From a virus: a stretch of 64,000 bases of DNA. Each line of letters starts with the position of its first letter. Position 1 is the stretch's first letter. Positions 63,347 to 64,000 of the stretch are shown in pieces. Under the pieces are notes generated by a model. The model was not told the origin of the DNA. It saw nothing but the letters and a program-made list of their open reading frames with translations, and searched no databases. Position numbers and translations under genes: made by a program. Where the stretch lies: IMG/VR virus record IMGVR_UViG_3300009124_000003, one strand, 5' to 3'.

Positions 63347-63790
63347 ATGACCACTAATCTTTACGGCCTGGGTTTGAAGGCTATTGTTACTGGAGATGTT
63401 GATTGGGAGAACGACACAATTAAAGTCGCGCTCACGAACAACTATCTTTTCACTGAAGCTAACAAAGATTCGCATGACTTCTGGAACGATGTCGAGGGTT
63501 ATGAGGTCGCTGCGTCTGGCACGTATTCTGCTGGCGGCGCTACCCTTACGACTTCTGCCCCGACCTACAGCACCTCTCTTAACGCCGTTCTGTTGAGCGC
63601 CACGGCTAACGTGGTTTGGACCGGCGCTACGATTACCGCTACGGGCGCTATCGTCTATAAAGACACTGGAGTGAACACGACTTCGCCGTTGATTGCCCAT
63701 ATTAACTTTGACGGCTCCAAGGCCGCTACTGACGGTTCGTTCACTCTGGACTTTACTACTAACCCCGTCGTTAAGATCACTGCCACCTGA
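63347..63790 (+). CDS. Virion structural protein
   Basis: VDWENDTIKVAL..., YSAGGATL, ITATGAIVYKDTG. Confidence 0.75.
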   Translation: MTTNLYGLGLKAIVTGDVDWENDTIKVALTNNYLFTEANKDSHDFWNDVEGYEVAASGTYSAGGATLTTSAPTYSTSLNAVLLSATANVVWTGATITATGAIVYKDTGVNTTSPLIAHINFDGSKAATDGSFTLDFTTNPVVKITAT

Positions 63791-63802
63791 TAGGAGTCCG
63801 CA

Positions 63803-64000
63803 ATGACAGATGTTTCTGTTGTGGTTTCTTCCGCTTCGGCTACTGCGCTATCGGACGGCATTGCTGTCGGCACCGATAACAGCGAGTGGTTTGTGGATGC
63901 TGGTGCCGGAACGTACGATATTTTGACTGATCGTGGTAGCGTGGTGAACTTTGAAATGGTTTTGAAGGACACGAACGATGTTGCTCGCAACCTTGAGAAC
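63803..64000 (+). CDS. Partial ORF running off the right edge
   Basis: SD AGGAG, ATG 63803, frame open to the window end (MTDVSVVVSS...). Confidence 0.7.
   Translation, partial: MTDVSVVVSSASATALSDGIAVGTDNSEWFVDAGAGTYDILTDRGSVVNFEMVLKDTNDVARNLEN

Noticed and set aside
1-64000. Stop-codon reassignment, integrase/att site or transposon
   Set aside because: Genes end cleanly at TAA, TAG and TGA with high coding density; no recombinase or transposase motifs were seen in this window.

Overview
This window is a 64-kb slice of a lytic-looking tailed phage genome with a contractile (myovirus-type) tail. The host is inferred to be an Actinomycetota bacterium, from WhiB, TAnnnT -10 boxes, many leaderless genes and RecA. 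Layout, left to right: (1) minus-strand trx-dut-recA-DUF932; (2) a large mucin-like surface protein and a lysis cassette; (3) WhiB, Rad52-like annealase, RecB-type nuclease, glycosyltransferase, HNH, NinG and a ParB / PAPS-reductase / ParB module; (4) an inverted terminase; (5) portal, MuF and protease; (6) about 9 kb of unusual head-associated modular proteins; (7) fibre genes and an HK97-fold capsid; (8) small ORFs, tRNA-Asn, class II RNR and dNMP kinase; (9) neck, sheath, tube, chaperone, tape measure, baseplate and fibres. The most striking unexplained signals are two promoter-driven non-coding RNAs that I could not assign to a family. One is about 148 nt and tRNA-like, with a perfect 6-nt loop-loop complement (3091-3238). 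The other is about 370-470 nt and multi-helix (8475-8940). A third signal is a head-cargo polyprotein cluster punctuated by putative prohead-protease Lys sites, carrying kinase-like and GNAT-like domains. No CRISPR array, integrase, transposase, reverse transcriptase, intron or intein was seen. All family assignments come from motif recognition by eye and all RNA folds are manual; no searches or computations were run.
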